Below are positions 1-12,029 of a stretch of 64,000 bases of DNA, in pieces. Source of the DNA: Haliotis rubra (taxonomy: Eukaryota). Both the position numbers and the translations under genes were made by a program. The notes under the pieces were generated by a model. That model was not told the origin of the DNA. It saw nothing but the letters and a program-made list of their open reading frames with translations, and made no database searches. The number at the start of each line of letters is the position of its first letter. Within the stretch, counting starts at the first letter, position 1. The DNA lies in NCBI RefSeq assembly GCF_003918875.1, contig NW_025767286.1, positions 434,001-498,000 on the forward strand. Direction: 5' to 3'.

Positions 1-67
1 TTATTTGTATTTCACAATTCTGTAGTGCTTAACATGTTACATGTTACAATTCTGTAGTGCTTAATAT

Positions 68-570
68 GTAGTGGCGGTGCGTGGTCCTGTGCATAGAGCT
101 CAGGTCACAATCGTTTGAAGTTAAGCAACGGTGGTTGCGGACAGTCCTCGGATGGGTGACCATGTTTGGCAGCTTGACCTAAGAGTTTCTAGGACTTCAG
201 TCCTGCCCCACAACAAAGAATATGTGATACATGTTGTCTCACCATAGGCAAGTGAGTTTGTTCAAACTTGCCTCTGTCCACCCAGCAGTAAAATTGGGTA
301 CCTGGGTGTCGTTGTACAAAACGCGCTGAGGCTACCTTAAGTCTATGTTAAGGTATGAGTTACAGTCACCTAAGCTTAAGATTTGTACAACGGCACCCTG
401 GTATGATACGATGGTAGTCTGAATTTGAACCTTGTGCCTGACAGGCGACCGGTTGTATTCTGTACAGTGTTCTGTACTTGTTGACCAGGGGTAATATGTC
501 AGCGCTTTGAGCATGCAATGTGCATGGATAAATGCGCAATATAAGTGGACTATTATTATTATTATTATTA
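68..570 (+). mobile_element. 5S rRNA-derived SINE (SINE3) with CORE-like middle and L2-type tail, interrupted by a MITE
   Basis: gaagttaagcaacgg...ggatgggtgacc resembles the 5S internal control region; CORE-like ggcaag...tgcctctgtccacccagcagtaaaattgggtacc; tail gcgctttgagcat...gcgcaatataagt plus (TAT)n. Confidence 0.7.
305..397. mobile_element. Harbinger-type MITE with CTG TSD
   Basis: TIR GGTGTCGTTGTACAAA / TTTGTACAACGGCACC flanked by CTG on both sides. Confidence 0.7.
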
Positions 571-1421
571 TCACGTAAATACCTAATATATCCTTGGTTA
601 ACAGTTGCAATGTAGTTTTAAGCACATGTAAACATTATACTTGGTTCACATCAATGCCTTATCAACCGACAAGTACACTATAAGATTGATAAAATATATC
701 ACATTGGTCTGCGTTCAAATATACACTTTAGATATTGTGGGTCGATTTGTCTAAAGCGACCTTTACACATTTTACAAGTTGTCAAATTGGCGTTTTCACA
801 AGTCAAACACATGTTGTCAAACTTTCATTTCATTTGAGCGCCATGTCTCTATCGGTGAGGTCATGTGACCATTTTGTTGACTGCAATTGGTTGTTTCTGA
901 ACACCACAAGTTTGACTACACTTCAGACGTCAAACTCAAGTTTGACAACACAGAAAGTTTGATGGAAAAGTTGTGAGAATAGAGACCGATCCTATTTCTC
1001 GACAACAGTTTGACAACTCTGAAATCAGTGTTGGTGGCGAGTTGGAATGTTCACACTCTCAACATGTGTTGTCAAACTTCAGTTTGCCATATGAAGGCAG
1101 CTCTCATCATACAATGCTGTTAAAATAAGCCAGTCATCTGTTATTCCTCAGGACAGCCTGCTTCCGTTAGTCCTGTGACTTCTCTAGGCAAACATGATAC
1201 ACTCGACATTGAAAGATCATGGTCAAAACTAGCAGCTTTTGGAACCAATGATTTCTACTAGAGTATAAACTGTACTTGGACACCAGGAAAAGCATGCCAA
1301 AACGATTGAGGGCACGCCATGGAATTACGCCAAAACACATGTATAATTCCAGAAGATTACTCTTCGTAAGCTGCAAGTATTGCCAGATTCTAGGGTCACT
1401 CATCTTCATGGATTAACTTAC

Positions 1422-1568
1422 AACCTTGTGGTTCCACTCTTCTGACTTCTTGGCACCTCTGATCTCACTCTGGAGGTTGAATGGTTCCATCTTTGTACAG
1501 AGCTTGGTGTGTCTCTCGGGCAGAACAGGCTCCAGACGTGGCAAAGGGTTGGCCCGGAACTCCCGTGC
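1422..1568 (-). CDS. TPX2: TPX2 exon 13 (gene continues beyond window start)
   Basis: AREFRANPLPRLEPVLPERHTKLCTKMEPFNLQSEIRGAKKSEEWNHK; donor at 1422 (gtaagt) or 1425. No further TPX2-like exon seen in 1-1420. Confidence 0.9.
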
Positions 1569-1740
1569 CTGTGGCACAGAATAAAATACACAGGTATCAG
1601 GATAAGGATGTTTCAAGGTATTTGTCGACAAATCAAATATCATTGTCATATCTAATAAAGAGCTAGAACTATTACTGTCAATCTAAAGAAATAATTTAAA
1701 TCCCTTGTCCAGGATAAGGAAAAATATTGTGGATGTGAAG

Positions 1741-2005
1741 TGAGTGAGTGAGTTTAGTTTTAAGCCGCACTCAGCAATATACCAGCTATATGGTAGGTCT
1801 GTAAATAATCGAGTCTGGACCAGACAATTCAGTGATCAACAGCATGAACATCGATCTGTGCAACTGGGAATTGATTACATGTGTCAACCAAGCCAGCGAG
1901 CCTGACCACCCGATCCCGTTAGTCGCCTCTTACGACAAGCATAGTCGCCTTTTGTGGCAAGCATGGGTTGCTGAAGACCTATTCTACCCCGGATGTTCAC
2001 GGGTC
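1741..2005 (-). mobile_element. Family B short retroelement (RTE-like head), duplicated-hairpin variant
   Basis: Reverse complement begins GACCCGTGAAC...ATGCTTGTCGTAAGAGGCGACTAACGGG and ends in (CTCA)n. Confidence 0.85.
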
Positions 2006-2185
2006 GTGGATGTGAAGAACATTCAGGGTACTGACTATAGGTGGAAATGCATGTATCTCACTCCTCAGATCCACTGTACAGTAAGAGTCTCCCAGCCACA
2101 GTAAGTAATAGATGAAATTGTTTATTGTTTTTTTATATGTCTCACATATAGCAATATTCCTGCAATAGTGTTACAGATGACAACA

Positions 2186-2345
2186 GAGTGAGTGAGTAAG
2201 TGAGTTCAGTTTTTAGCAATATTGCAGCAATATCACGGTGGGGAACACCAGAAATGGGTTTCACATATTGTAACAATGTGGGGATTTGAACCTGGGTCTA
2301 CGGCATGACAAGACTGCTTTAACCACCATGCTACCCCACTGCCCC
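2186..2345 (-). mobile_element. Family A tRNA-derived SINE (decayed)
   Basis: Matches the consensus seen at 42922 with many CpG transitions. Confidence 0.8.
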
Positions 2346-2560
2346 CATGACAATTGGGCTTCATACATTGATACCATGTGGGTGTTCAATTTACAAACCC
2401 AGGCTTGCTGTCCCACCACCACAGTAACTCAACAGATACGGAAGTACCAAGACTATGAAAAGGCATTCTGGTCAGCATCACTCAGCACATTCAGTTCCAG
2501 GAAATTCGTTTCATTTTGTTCATGGTTACGAATTCAATGAACACATCATGAGTCCCTTAC

Positions 2561-2737
2561 CCGCTGTTCCTCCTCAAGTTTCTGCCGCAGTTTGGCCTCC
2601 TTCACAGCAATGGGGTCAGGGTAGCGACTCTCAAAGCTGAATGGCTCTGGGGTAGTTGTCCTGTGGGACAGTTTGGGCTGGAACGGGATGCCTGGGTGAG
2701 GCACAGCATGAGCCTTGGGCAAAGGCTTTTCTGTTTC
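2561..2737 (-). CDS. TPX2: TPX2 exon 12
   Basis: ETEKPLPKAHAVPHPGIPFQPKLSHRTTTPEPFSFESR...LEEEQR|gtaagg; phase 0 to 0. Confidence 0.92.
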
Positions 2738-2814
2738 CTACAACACAGCAATCATAGATTGTTCAAAGGAATAATTCTAATAAGTCCCACTAATTCCAAT
2801 AACTATGGTTAATT

Positions 2815-3535
2815 AACAAGAAGAAAAAGTGATCAATATCCCCCGCAATGGCAAAATACTCTTCATGATTATGTCTCTGAGATATGATTATGTCAAATAT
2901 TTAGGTGTGTATATAGAAAAGTGGAAGGAGAGTATTGAAAGGTTTTTAAAGTTCTGCTCCAGAAAGCAGCACTATCACCAATTTCAGTCAAACTTGTTGC
3001 CATGGAAACGCCAAAAATATTTTATTCAGAATTCCCAAACTACCAAAAGGCACCAGTACACCACCAGACCAATCTATGTGCCAAGCTTGGTGAAGAAACA
3101 TTGAACGGTTTTAGAGTTCTGCTCCGGAAAAGAGCACTACTACAATTTCAGGCTTAGTCAAACTTGTTGCCATGGAAACGCCAAAAATATTTTATTCAGA
3201 ATTCCAAAACTACCAAAAGGCACCAGTACACCACCAGATCTATCTATGTGCCAAGTTTGGTGAAGAAATAGTGAACAGTTTTAGAGTTCTGCTCCGGAAA
3301 AGAGCACTACCACAATTTCAGGCTAAGTCAAACTTGTTGCCATGGAAACGTCAAAAATATTTTATTCAGAATTCCATAACTACCAAAAGGCACCAGTACA
3401 CCACCAGATCCATGTATGTGCCAAGTTTGGTGAAGATATATTGCTCCAGAAAAGACAAATGTGCACGGACGGACGGACGCACGGACGGAGTCCATTTTAA
3501 TACCCCCCGCAAAACGCGTTGCGGGGGATAATAAA
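2815..3535 (+). mobile_element. Helentron-associated/pearl-like non-autonomous element with three ~170-bp internal repeats
   Basis: aacttgttgccatggaaacg at 2991, 3161 and 3331; (GACG)n microsatellite; 3' palindrome cccccgcaa..ttgcgggg; subterminal tatcccccgc near 2836. Confidence 0.75.
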
Positions 3536-3571
3536 TGGTACTGTACTTTACCAATCAGAAACAGCACTTAC

Positions 3572-3673
3572 CTTTTCTTGTGGTATTTCCACAGGAAGCC
3601 GGACACGATGCTTGAGAGCAAACGCTGGAGACTGAGGCACTGTGGTAGGTATCTCCTTGGCTGGCTTTACACC
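3572..3673 (-). CDS. TPX2: TPX2 exon 11
   Basis: GVKPAKEIPTTVPQSPAFALKHRVRLPVEIPQEK|gtaagt; TVP.SPAFALK.R is a TPX2 hallmark. Confidence 0.93.
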
Positions 3674-3883
3674 CTACAGTAACAAGAAAGACTGTTTAAG
3701 TCATGGTGTACCAAGCTAATTTACATATAATAACAGCTGGTGAAATAAACCCAGCAAATAAACCCAGTCCCACCTCAAAACTACACAGACAAAGAAAATG
3801 TTTCCTGATAATTGAGGGATTATTTAGTTAACAAATGACCACAGTTCAACAAACATCTGAACTTGTTGATGAAACCTGCTGAT

Positions 3884-4190
3884 GAGGTGAAATTGGGTTT
3901 AACGTCGCAATGGAGAATGCATGCGTGTGTATGTGCGGTTGCTTGTACTAGCCCAGACTGAAGCTGGTTTTATAGTGCTAGCCCACTGAGATACCATGCC
4001 GCAGTGAAGCATGAATACCCTACTCAGACACATTATACTGACTCCGAGCGGACCAGTCCTTGTTGTACCCATTAATGCCGAGCGCCAGACAGTACCATAT
4101 TTTATTTTGGTATGACGCAGTCGGGGATCGAACCCACGACCTTCCGCTCTCCGGACGGACGCTGTAACCATTACACCACGGAGGCGGTCT
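3884..4190 (-). mobile_element. Family C tRNA-derived V-domain SINE (RUDI-like), internally deleted
   Basis: tRNA A/B boxes (GTGGTGTAATGG...GGTTCGATCCC), V-domain-like GTCATACCAAAA...GGCGCTCGGCATTAA, (CACCT)n tail. Confidence 0.8.
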
Positions 4191-4288
4191 CTCATAATAA
4201 AGAATAACAATAATTCACCTTTGAATTTATACTCACACGGCACACACTGAAGATGATACAAGTCAGAATGTAAGGTAGAATAACTTAC

Positions 4289-4499
4289 CACTGTTCCCTC
4301 CAGAATCTTCCTCGGCACAGGCTGAGCATGGAAAACAAATTCATCTTCATCTGCAGCTTTATTTGGCCGTTCCTGGAAGCGCCTGTCCAGGTGAAGGTTG
4401 AACTCCTCTGGTTTGGTCGCTGGCTTTGGCTCTGGTTTGTAGAGACCTGTGGCCTGACTCATGATCCTTGTGTTCACTGGGTTAGCCTTGAACTGATAT
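4289..4499 (-). CDS. TPX2: TPX2 exon 10 (importin-binding region)
   Basis: YQFKANPVNTRIM...TKPEEFNLHLDRR...FVFHAQPVPRKILEGTV|gtaagt; FKA.P repeat motif; phase 2 to 0. Confidence 0.93.
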
Positions 4500-4881
4500 C
4501 TGTAAACGAAAAAGGGATGAAAAACAGGATTAAAGGACTATATTAGATAATGGACTATAAGAAGTGGTTTAGGTCCCATCAGTTACATCCCTTGGTCATA
4601 ATGTTTTAAAGTACATCATATACTTACATACCATTCTGTACATGGAGAGTAGGCTTAATTACTTTTCCCCAAGAAAGATGTACATTTTCTTTTACAATTA
4701 CCATGCATGGTAAAATGCATATATCTCATATATACCCATATATTCTCACATGAAATAGGATACAACATTAAATCAGGTCAATTAATCTGGCAGGACGTGG
4801 CTGAGTTAACCTATCCAGATACACAAATTGTCAAAAGCATGTGGAAAGTACTCTGAACCCACAAGAAACTGTGATGCCTAC

Positions 4882-5041
4882 TTCATAATCTCCTGATACT
4901 CCTGGTCCTCAATATCCTTCTGACTTGGCACAGTCGGTGCCCGGTAACGATGACGTGTCTCTAGTTTGGGCGTCTCTGGTTGGGTGAGGCGAAGGGCGTG
5001 AGGTGATCGTGCCTTGAGTAACTTTCTATCAGAGCTGGTGG
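4882..5041 (-). CDS. TPX2: TPX2 exon 9
   Basis: Manual translation ATSSDRKLLKARSPHALRLTQPETPKLETRHRYRAPTVPSQKDIEDQEYQEIM; phase 1 to 2. Confidence 0.88.
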
Positions 5042-5480
5042 CTGAAAACACATGACATTTTGTAGGTTACAGCTGTCATAAATGTGACAGAAGAAAATAA
5101 AAGCAGACAACGATTGCTGATGTTCTAAAGTTAGAAATATTCACTCATCCAGAGATGAGACATCCAAATAACAAATGTTGTGCGAGATGTCCAAATGAAA
5201 CTGCTGTTCTGTACAACAGACCGAGATGTGGGAACCACCTGTCATGGTCCCGACCTATATACCCCACCTCATCACCACACAGCTCAAACAAAGCTCAACA
5301 GGATTAATCAACTGATGGACTGACATAATGACTACTCCCTTTGAAACTCCCATATGACAGGGATTACTTTCTTTAATCCTAATCCTTTCACCTAAACAAA
5401 CATGTACAATCCTTTGATCCACCAAAATGTTTTCACAACACCCATTATACACTACTACTCTACAGCTTTACAGTTCCTAC

Positions 5481-5631
5481 CTCGAGGTTTTCTTCTGAAC
5501 CTGTCGGGTGTAGATCTGTGGAAAGCTGCAACAGACTGCGCCATGGACTGGAACTTCTCTGTCTGTGGTGCTGGTTTGTGGCTGGTTGTCAGCTTGAAGG
5601 GCTGTGGTCTGGTTAAACTTCTTGGGCCCTG
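5481..5631 (-). CDS. TPX2: TPX2 exon 8
   Basis: QGPRSLTRPQPFKLTT...FQSMAQSVAAFHRSTPDRFRRKPR; NAGNAG acceptor (5631 or 5628); phase 0 to 1. Confidence 0.92.
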
Positions 5632-5915
5632 CTGATATATTAAAGAAGATGTAGACAAACTGGATAAAGGTCCAATCATATAAATACATGTCAGCTTCTA
5701 GTCAAATTTCTTACCTGATCTTCTAGTAACCTCAGCTGATGATTAAAACCAATGTCTGAATTTCTCCATTACTGACATAAAGATACAAACAGAATTGGTG
5801 CATAGATGAGTACACACATGTGTGTGCTCAAATTTCAAAATTATTTCTCATTACATATGTCAAATGAAGTTGCATCTGTACATAGGGGTACTGATGCTGC
5901 ATACAAAATCCTAAC

Positions 5916-6216
5916 CTGTGAAGAGGAGGCTGTATTAGAACGGAGACACCTCACAAAGTCAACTGTACTCTCATCTTGGACGTCCTGGTGCTGTGACTTG
6001 AGTCGACTGTCTGTGCTGAACTTGAAGTCCTGTACTATAGTGGGTTCCCGGGAGTTACACACAGGGGCATAACCAGGAGCATTCTTACTCTTCAGCAGGG
6101 AGTCCTTAGCCATCTTTCTCTTCTTGGCCAGCTCCTTCCTCATCTGTGCGATCTGTTCCAACTCCTGCTCCTCTGTAGTTTTAACCCGAGGAGACCCAGC
6201 AGCCAGTTGTTTCCTC
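5916..6216 (-). CDS. TPX2: TPX2 exon 7
   Basis: RKQLAAGSPRVKTTEEQELEQIAQMRKE...PTIVQDFKFSTDSRLK; typical TPX2 K(S/T)TEEQELE and DF.F.TD.R motifs; phase 2 to 0. Confidence 0.92.
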
Positions 6217-6584
6217 CTGAAGATTGCAGCATATTGTGTAACTAACAAGCAGTGTGGATATTCCAAGTATTACCCATATGGTAAAACATAACCAATTTCA
6301 TATATATCAAATGTGCACATATGCACTTATCACTTTTGCCATTGTTTCTGTATTTCTTCGTCTGTGATGTCATTACACTATTGAATATGATGTCGATGAA
6401 GAGGGCTGTCACACTTGCTTACCATATTCTACTGCACAAATGTACATGAATAAAATGGATAACTAGCCCGTATTGGTTGTTGTAGACCTATATGCAGAAT
6501 TCCCACCAAACAAGCCATTATTTCCTATTGCTGCATAAGATGTGAACAAATGAATACTATCTTATCTTCTGTGTCAATATTCAC

Positions 6585-6896
6585 CTCATAAAGGTTGGTG
6601 TTGTGGGAAGGGTTGGCATTCTGGGCATCTTAGCACATGGAGCCTCAGCGTCCTCTATATTCTGGGGAACTGGACGACCAGCTGAATAGCCTCGAGTATG
6701 GGGACGAGCTATTCTCTCAGGTTTGGATGAACTGGCTGAAGAGTTGCTCCTCTTTAAAGATCTCTTGCTTGAAACTTCCATTTTGTCTTGGGACCCACTT
6801 CTTCGATAATTATTTGACCCTTCTAATTTGCTTTGGGAACCACTCCTTCGAATGTTGCTACCAGAGATCCGTTGTCTTTTCAGAGCAGGCCTTTGG
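6585..6896 (-). CDS. TPX2: TPX2 exon 6
   Basis: AG/GT boundaries, phase 2 to 2, 312 nt open frame ending PTLPTTPTFMR (TPX2-like T.P.TP motif). Confidence 0.85.
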
Positions 6897-7314
6897 CTAC
6901 AATATGATCACAAACATTATTGTAAAACATTTATAAGTGAACAAAATATGAAACCCATAAAGCGAATTACATCATCTATAATCTAAATCAGTTATTACAA
7001 GACAAACACGATCACAAAGCCATAAATTATTAAAAAATCAAATATACATGAACAAGAACTTAGATTAGTACTTGACATGTACTTAACAGAACTCACATTG
7101 TTATCCAGTCAAAACTATGTGTACATATGGTGTACAATGCTCAATTTCCAATAAAACAGATTCAGCAAGCTGTTATTGGTGGGCAAGGTACAGTAATGAA
7201 TGGACAAATAACCATAATCTGGGGTAATAACCATAAACAGTATATCAGTCTATGTCATGAGTCACACATGATGCTTTCAGTAAAATAATTAGGCCATCAT
7301 ATATAATATTATAA

Positions 7315-7652
7315 CAGGGCTCCAGATAATTTTTCAACATCAGGAGTACATACTCCTTATTTGTTCAATATTGAGTACTGCAAAACCTTAAGTGTACATT
7401 TAGAGTACTGAATGGAAGCTAATGGACTATCAGTAATCTTGTGTTTCGTTTCATATATGCACCACAACATTGCTACTCTTGTGTAAACAATAAAACAATA
7501 CTTTTTTTCAGATAAATACGTCTGTAAGTGATTCTAAGACCGTACACCATTGCTGTGGTGAGTATCTGCTACGTTTTCTAAATTATTTCCTACCGTATCG
7601 TGCATATTTTTTTTTCCATACATACGCGATACGGCCCTTATCTGGAGCCCTG
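7315..7652. mobile_element. MITE with 15-bp TIR and 7-bp TSD (P-element-like ends)
   Basis: CAGGGCTCCAGATAA / TTATCTGGAGCCCTG flanked by ATTATAA on both sides. Confidence 0.75.
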
Positions 7653-7712
7653 ATTATAACCAAAACATTTGGATTCCATAAATTACTTTACATGACATAA
7701 ATGACAACAAAC

Positions 7713-7796
7713 CTGTCACTGGTTGATGTAACTGGGGACACGTCAGTTGATTTCAGATTGGAAACATCACCACCAGAAGAGCTGTTTGCTCTTTTC
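7713..7796 (-). CDS. TPX2: TPX2 exon 5
   Basis: ctctag|...AG|gtttgt, phase 2 to 2, KRANSSSGGDVSNLKSTDVSPVTSTSD (within ORF 7688..7870). Confidence 0.7.
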
Positions 7797-8013
7797 CTAG
7801 AGAACAAATAGCATGGTTGCTCTTTGACATCAGTGGCATTGGTAGGATGCAACAAAACAATATTTACCATAAAAAGGAGATTGATTGCCTTATATGATTT
7901 TCATTTTACAGCAGCACTGAACATAAGCATAGTTATATAAACATGTTAAAGCAACACTAAAACAATAAACAAGATATTTAAACAATAGCTGAAGAGAAGC
8001 TAACAATATTTAC

Positions 8014-8177
8014 CCAGGTCTCAAAGGCGCCACTACTCCCACTTTCTTGCTACTCGGCTTTCGATTGTGTTACAGTTTGTGGCTTCTTGGCCCTCCATTC
8101 ATCCAGGGAGGTGATGATATTTGATGATGGTGGGGTCATCTTTGCTTGTTGACGAGTAACTGTTCCTGCGCTTCCCT
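8014..8177 (-). CDS. TPX2: TPX2 exon 4 (donor ambiguous: 8014 with a frameshift, or 8054 in frame)
   Basis: Acceptor tttttaag. Phase-1 frame EGSAGTVTRQQAKMTPPSSNIITSLDEWRAKKPQTVTQSKAE then TAG; see finding. Confidence 0.6.
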
Positions 8178-9429
8178 CTTAAAAAATTAAATTCATTTAC
8201 AATTAGTATCTACCAAATTTACTTATCATGGTAATACATACCAATTTCTAAACATAAGCATGTTCACCGTAGTCAGAACAATATTGAATTCAACAGTAAA
8301 CATGGTTTTGAGTATTACAGGATATACAACCACAACATTTATTTCTGCCTTTAGGTCTGTAAGGAAGAGAGATCATAAGGCAGATCATTGATGATAACCA
8401 AAGATTTAGCCCATACTAAATTCAGGACAAACATAAGATCAAGTAGATATTTATGATCCACCGATGTAATTTTTATTTTCCCCATTTAATTGAGTTATGA
8501 TATGTGGCTGAGACTTTTAACACTGACCACCTTGACAGTACCATTTCATACCTGCTGCCTGCACCGCCTGTCTACTACAATGGAACCGACTACAATTACC
8601 TCCTTCGTAGTATCAGTTAATACCTTTTACACTGCACCACCTGCTACAAGGTTATGTACTACACTGACACAGCCCAAACACAATATTTAAATCAATCTGA
8701 TAGACATTCTCACCTGTCGACAAAGTGAGAAACGAAACGACACTGTAAGCAAATTGCATTGGCATGCCTAAGTAACAATGTCTGATGTTTATTCTGTAGC
8801 AGTGAGCACTAGGTGACACAGATGAGACAAGCTGACCATACTAGGTAGCCTGTCATTAAAGAGCCTTTGATGTTCTCTCACTTCCGCTGACATCAGACAT
8901 GTGAGTTGGGCTTGTCTGCTTCAACACAATGCAAATGCTGCTTAATTACAACCACATCGTTAATAATTACAGTTAAGGATTAGTTAAACCTGGCTTACAA
9001 GATTAGTTAAACCTGGCTTACAATAGCTGAGTCTGAAGCTACAGGTGCTTTCACCTCAAAGGACTGAGAATTAGGTGTTATAATTACAACCACTTTACAG
9101 AATGAATACCTGTTATCACAACATTTATGTACAACCGTGTTCCATTTCACAATGCAAGGAAACCTCACTTATCTCATTACAAACCCAAGCATTGCGAAAA
9201 ACACACCACACTAGCTACATGAACACTGGCCTGGGCACTAAACACACAAGTCTTTGCCACCCACAAGGCAAACAAAATCATAAATTCTTACTATGATTCT
9301 TACAGATTCACTCAGCAAGGTCCAAGCAATACAAAAAAAAATATAGTTACAAGCAACGATGAGGGCTGCTCGGCTTAAGTTCTATCTACATTACTGCAAT
9401 CATGAAAGTTGTAAGTTTTAGTTAATATG

Positions 9430-10290
9430 GGGCGGTAGGCTAGTCTTTGAGTGGTTAAATCAACATTAATATCCCACTTGTACAGGTAGCATTTTGGTTA
9501 AAGCGCTAAATCAGACGGGTTGGTTTGAGAGTTACGGGTGTTTGAAATTGTCCCTTGATGTTGGGCTATTGAAATCATCATCCAAAATGGAGCCAGAACA
9601 CGACATTTTGACAGGCGTACAGCAAAGAAATCAGAAAAGATGTGTACAGTTTTTATGCATTTATTTATGTCAGAACTTCTTTGCTACCTGACAGGCGAAA
9701 GCGGATCTTCCAAATACAGCCGGGTCGAGGGAGTAATGTACCTTTTAAGAAGTTCTGGAGAAGAAATAGTTCCCTTTAAAAAGGCTGTATCCCAGTTGTT
9801 CTTAGGTCTACGGTCAAAACAATTAGTGTTCTGGAATCACCAAGGCTTCATCTATCATACTGGCACATGGCATACTGAATTTGCACAGAAACTACTGAAA
9901 AACATGGCCAAAACTGAAAACAAAAAATAACTGCCAAACGGTACAATTTAGCGACTTGAACCGTCCAGGCAAAATTGTTGGGAATTCGATTGTGCATATG
10001 TACAAGAGATTTGGAAGTGTTGGAACAATTAGTTCTTGAGATATTTGCTGTCAAACTTTGAAATTGTGGAATTAATTTTGAATTATCTCCCCAATGCTAT
10101 TGGGCTAGAGCCTAGAGATTTTTAAGGGGAATATCTTCACCTCGGTGGGCATCTGTGTGATTTTTTGTAAGCGATTTGGAGCATTGGTTTAGGAGGTAAG
10201 TTTGGTACAAAAATCAGCAAAATAATAAATAATAATAATAATCCGAACGATTACAATAGGTCTCCTGCCTAGAGGCAAGGAGCCCTAATT
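9430..10290 (+). mobile_element. Helentron-like non-autonomous element (5' boundary uncertain)
   Basis: CpG-richer insert in the intron; 3' end has (AAT)n microsatellite and a terminal hairpin (cctgcctagaggcaagg) before taatt. Confidence 0.5.
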
Positions 10291-11215
10291 AAACCAAATA
10301 CTAAATCCTATCAAAGCAAATGATTTATATATATATATATTTCCAGAAACCTGGGTTAGTAAACAAGCATTTTAATAATTATGCTTATATAAATACCACC
10401 CTAGCAACATAACACTTACAAAATTATGATGGTTACATAAGTTTTTACATGAGTTCATAAATAAAGGAAGCAAAGATGCAATTGACAATATAATGATAAG
10501 TGCTGCAGTGAAAACAAGTGAACATGCATGATACAAGAGTTCTAGATGTCATCAATCCTAACAAAGCAAATCTATCCTAAGTGGCAAAGTCACTACCATA
10601 ATTCAAAGTTTCTGGTTATCGCTCAGTCACAACATGCAGATTGATAATTGGAGCTCAGTGATCAATCTGTTGTAATTGTAAGCCTCACCACAAAACTCAT
10701 GTGGGCAGTAACAGGTCACAATCATAACATTGTGTACATTGCAGTCTTACAAGTACAAAAACTGCATCAGTTGTTTATACCTTCATTTAACAAACATAAC
10801 AATAAGAAACATACTTTCTAAAGTTTAATTTAAAGTTGAATTCTATTATGAATATTGATTAGTTTCCTGAGCTCATTGATAATCACTGAAGCACGGAGAT
10901 TGATTGACTGATTATTCAATCACTCTGTACCAGCACTACGAGAAAGACAGAATGGTGCATGTGAAATCACAAAGGAACATCAAAACACTAATAAGCCCAC
11001 TAAATAACACCCAAAATATCAGAGTCTTGATATTTTTCTAATCAAGGGCAGTACATAATCGCCCGTTTTTTGTGTGTTAACAATTAAATAAGCAGTTTGT
11101 GAGGGGTTTTTTTGCTGAAGTATTGTTTCAAAAAAATTGATTTCAATGCTTTTAGATTGACAAAAAAATGTGTACAGTTTTTATGCATTTATTTATGTCA
11201 GAACTTCTTTGCTAC

Positions 11216-11314
11216 CTGATTTCATTGGTGCCACCTGTGCTTGAGGAGTAGGGGTTTGTACTTTGGGAGTTTTCACATTTCCTTCCAGGGGTTTCTGAAC
11301 TTCATTTTTGTACT
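11216..11314 (-). CDS. TPX2: TPX2 exon 3
   Basis: tttcag|...|gtagca, phase 1 to 1, EYKNEVQKPLEGNVKTPKVQTPTPQAQVAPMKS (TP motifs). Confidence 0.7.
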
Positions 11315-11475
11315 CTGAAAATAATCATTTATAACATGTTTAACATTTCAAACATTTTGCTGTACACGACCAATAGATGCAATGTGATTATTATACTGAT
11401 ACTCAATGCCAAAGCTGGCTGTAGCATATCACTTGCAACATAATGCTGTAGTGTCATGTTCTTCCATGTTGACTA

Positions 11476-11715
11476 CAGGGGTGGAAATAACCCACTGCCC
11501 GACGTCCGAGTCCAGTGTTTTTTTCTGTCAAACAAGCAAATTTGTATATCACACTGTACCGGTGTTCACTTGACTTTCCAATGTTAATTATGTTGGTTTT
11601 TAAAAAAATCAGCAGGAAAATGGTTGGTATAGGGGAAAAATTATCAGGGCAAGTGACATTACATCTGCCACTGTACCGGAGGACACTATCAATTTTAAAG
11701 TTATTTCCACCCCTG
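11476..11715. mobile_element. hAT-like MITE
   Basis: TIR CAGGGGTGGAAATAAC / GTTATTTCCACCCCTG. Confidence 0.7.
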
Positions 11716-12029
11716 GACTATGACATGGATTGTCATTTCAATAATACTAGTCATGCTTCACTGAAAATTCTGATCATCACAGCCCTTTCTTTGAGACCAA
11801 ACCCTTCATAACCATGATTTATCATCAGCTCACGTTCTGACAACTCAACATGCTCAAACATGCACACAATACAAAGATCACAATTGTTTTACTTCTTTGA
11901 GTGGCACTTACAGTCCGTTATGTTTCTTAGTTTTCAAGTTAGATTGCAATTCATCGGTCCGCTTTTGAGCCAAACGGACTATAGAAGCTGGTATGATAAA
12001 CAGGAACGATTTTACATGGATTGACACCT

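Noticed and set aside
114-165. 5S rRNA gene
   Set aside because: Only a diverged internal-control-region match fused to a SINE body.
1167-1409. Possible further TPX2 exon
   Set aside because: No TPX2-like motif or compatible splice sites found; the remaining exons must lie outside the window.
3899-4288. C-terminal extension of the 192-aa ORF 3899..4477
   Set aside because: Read-through past the exon 10 donor into intron and V-SINE; the same peptide recurs in other V-SINE copies.
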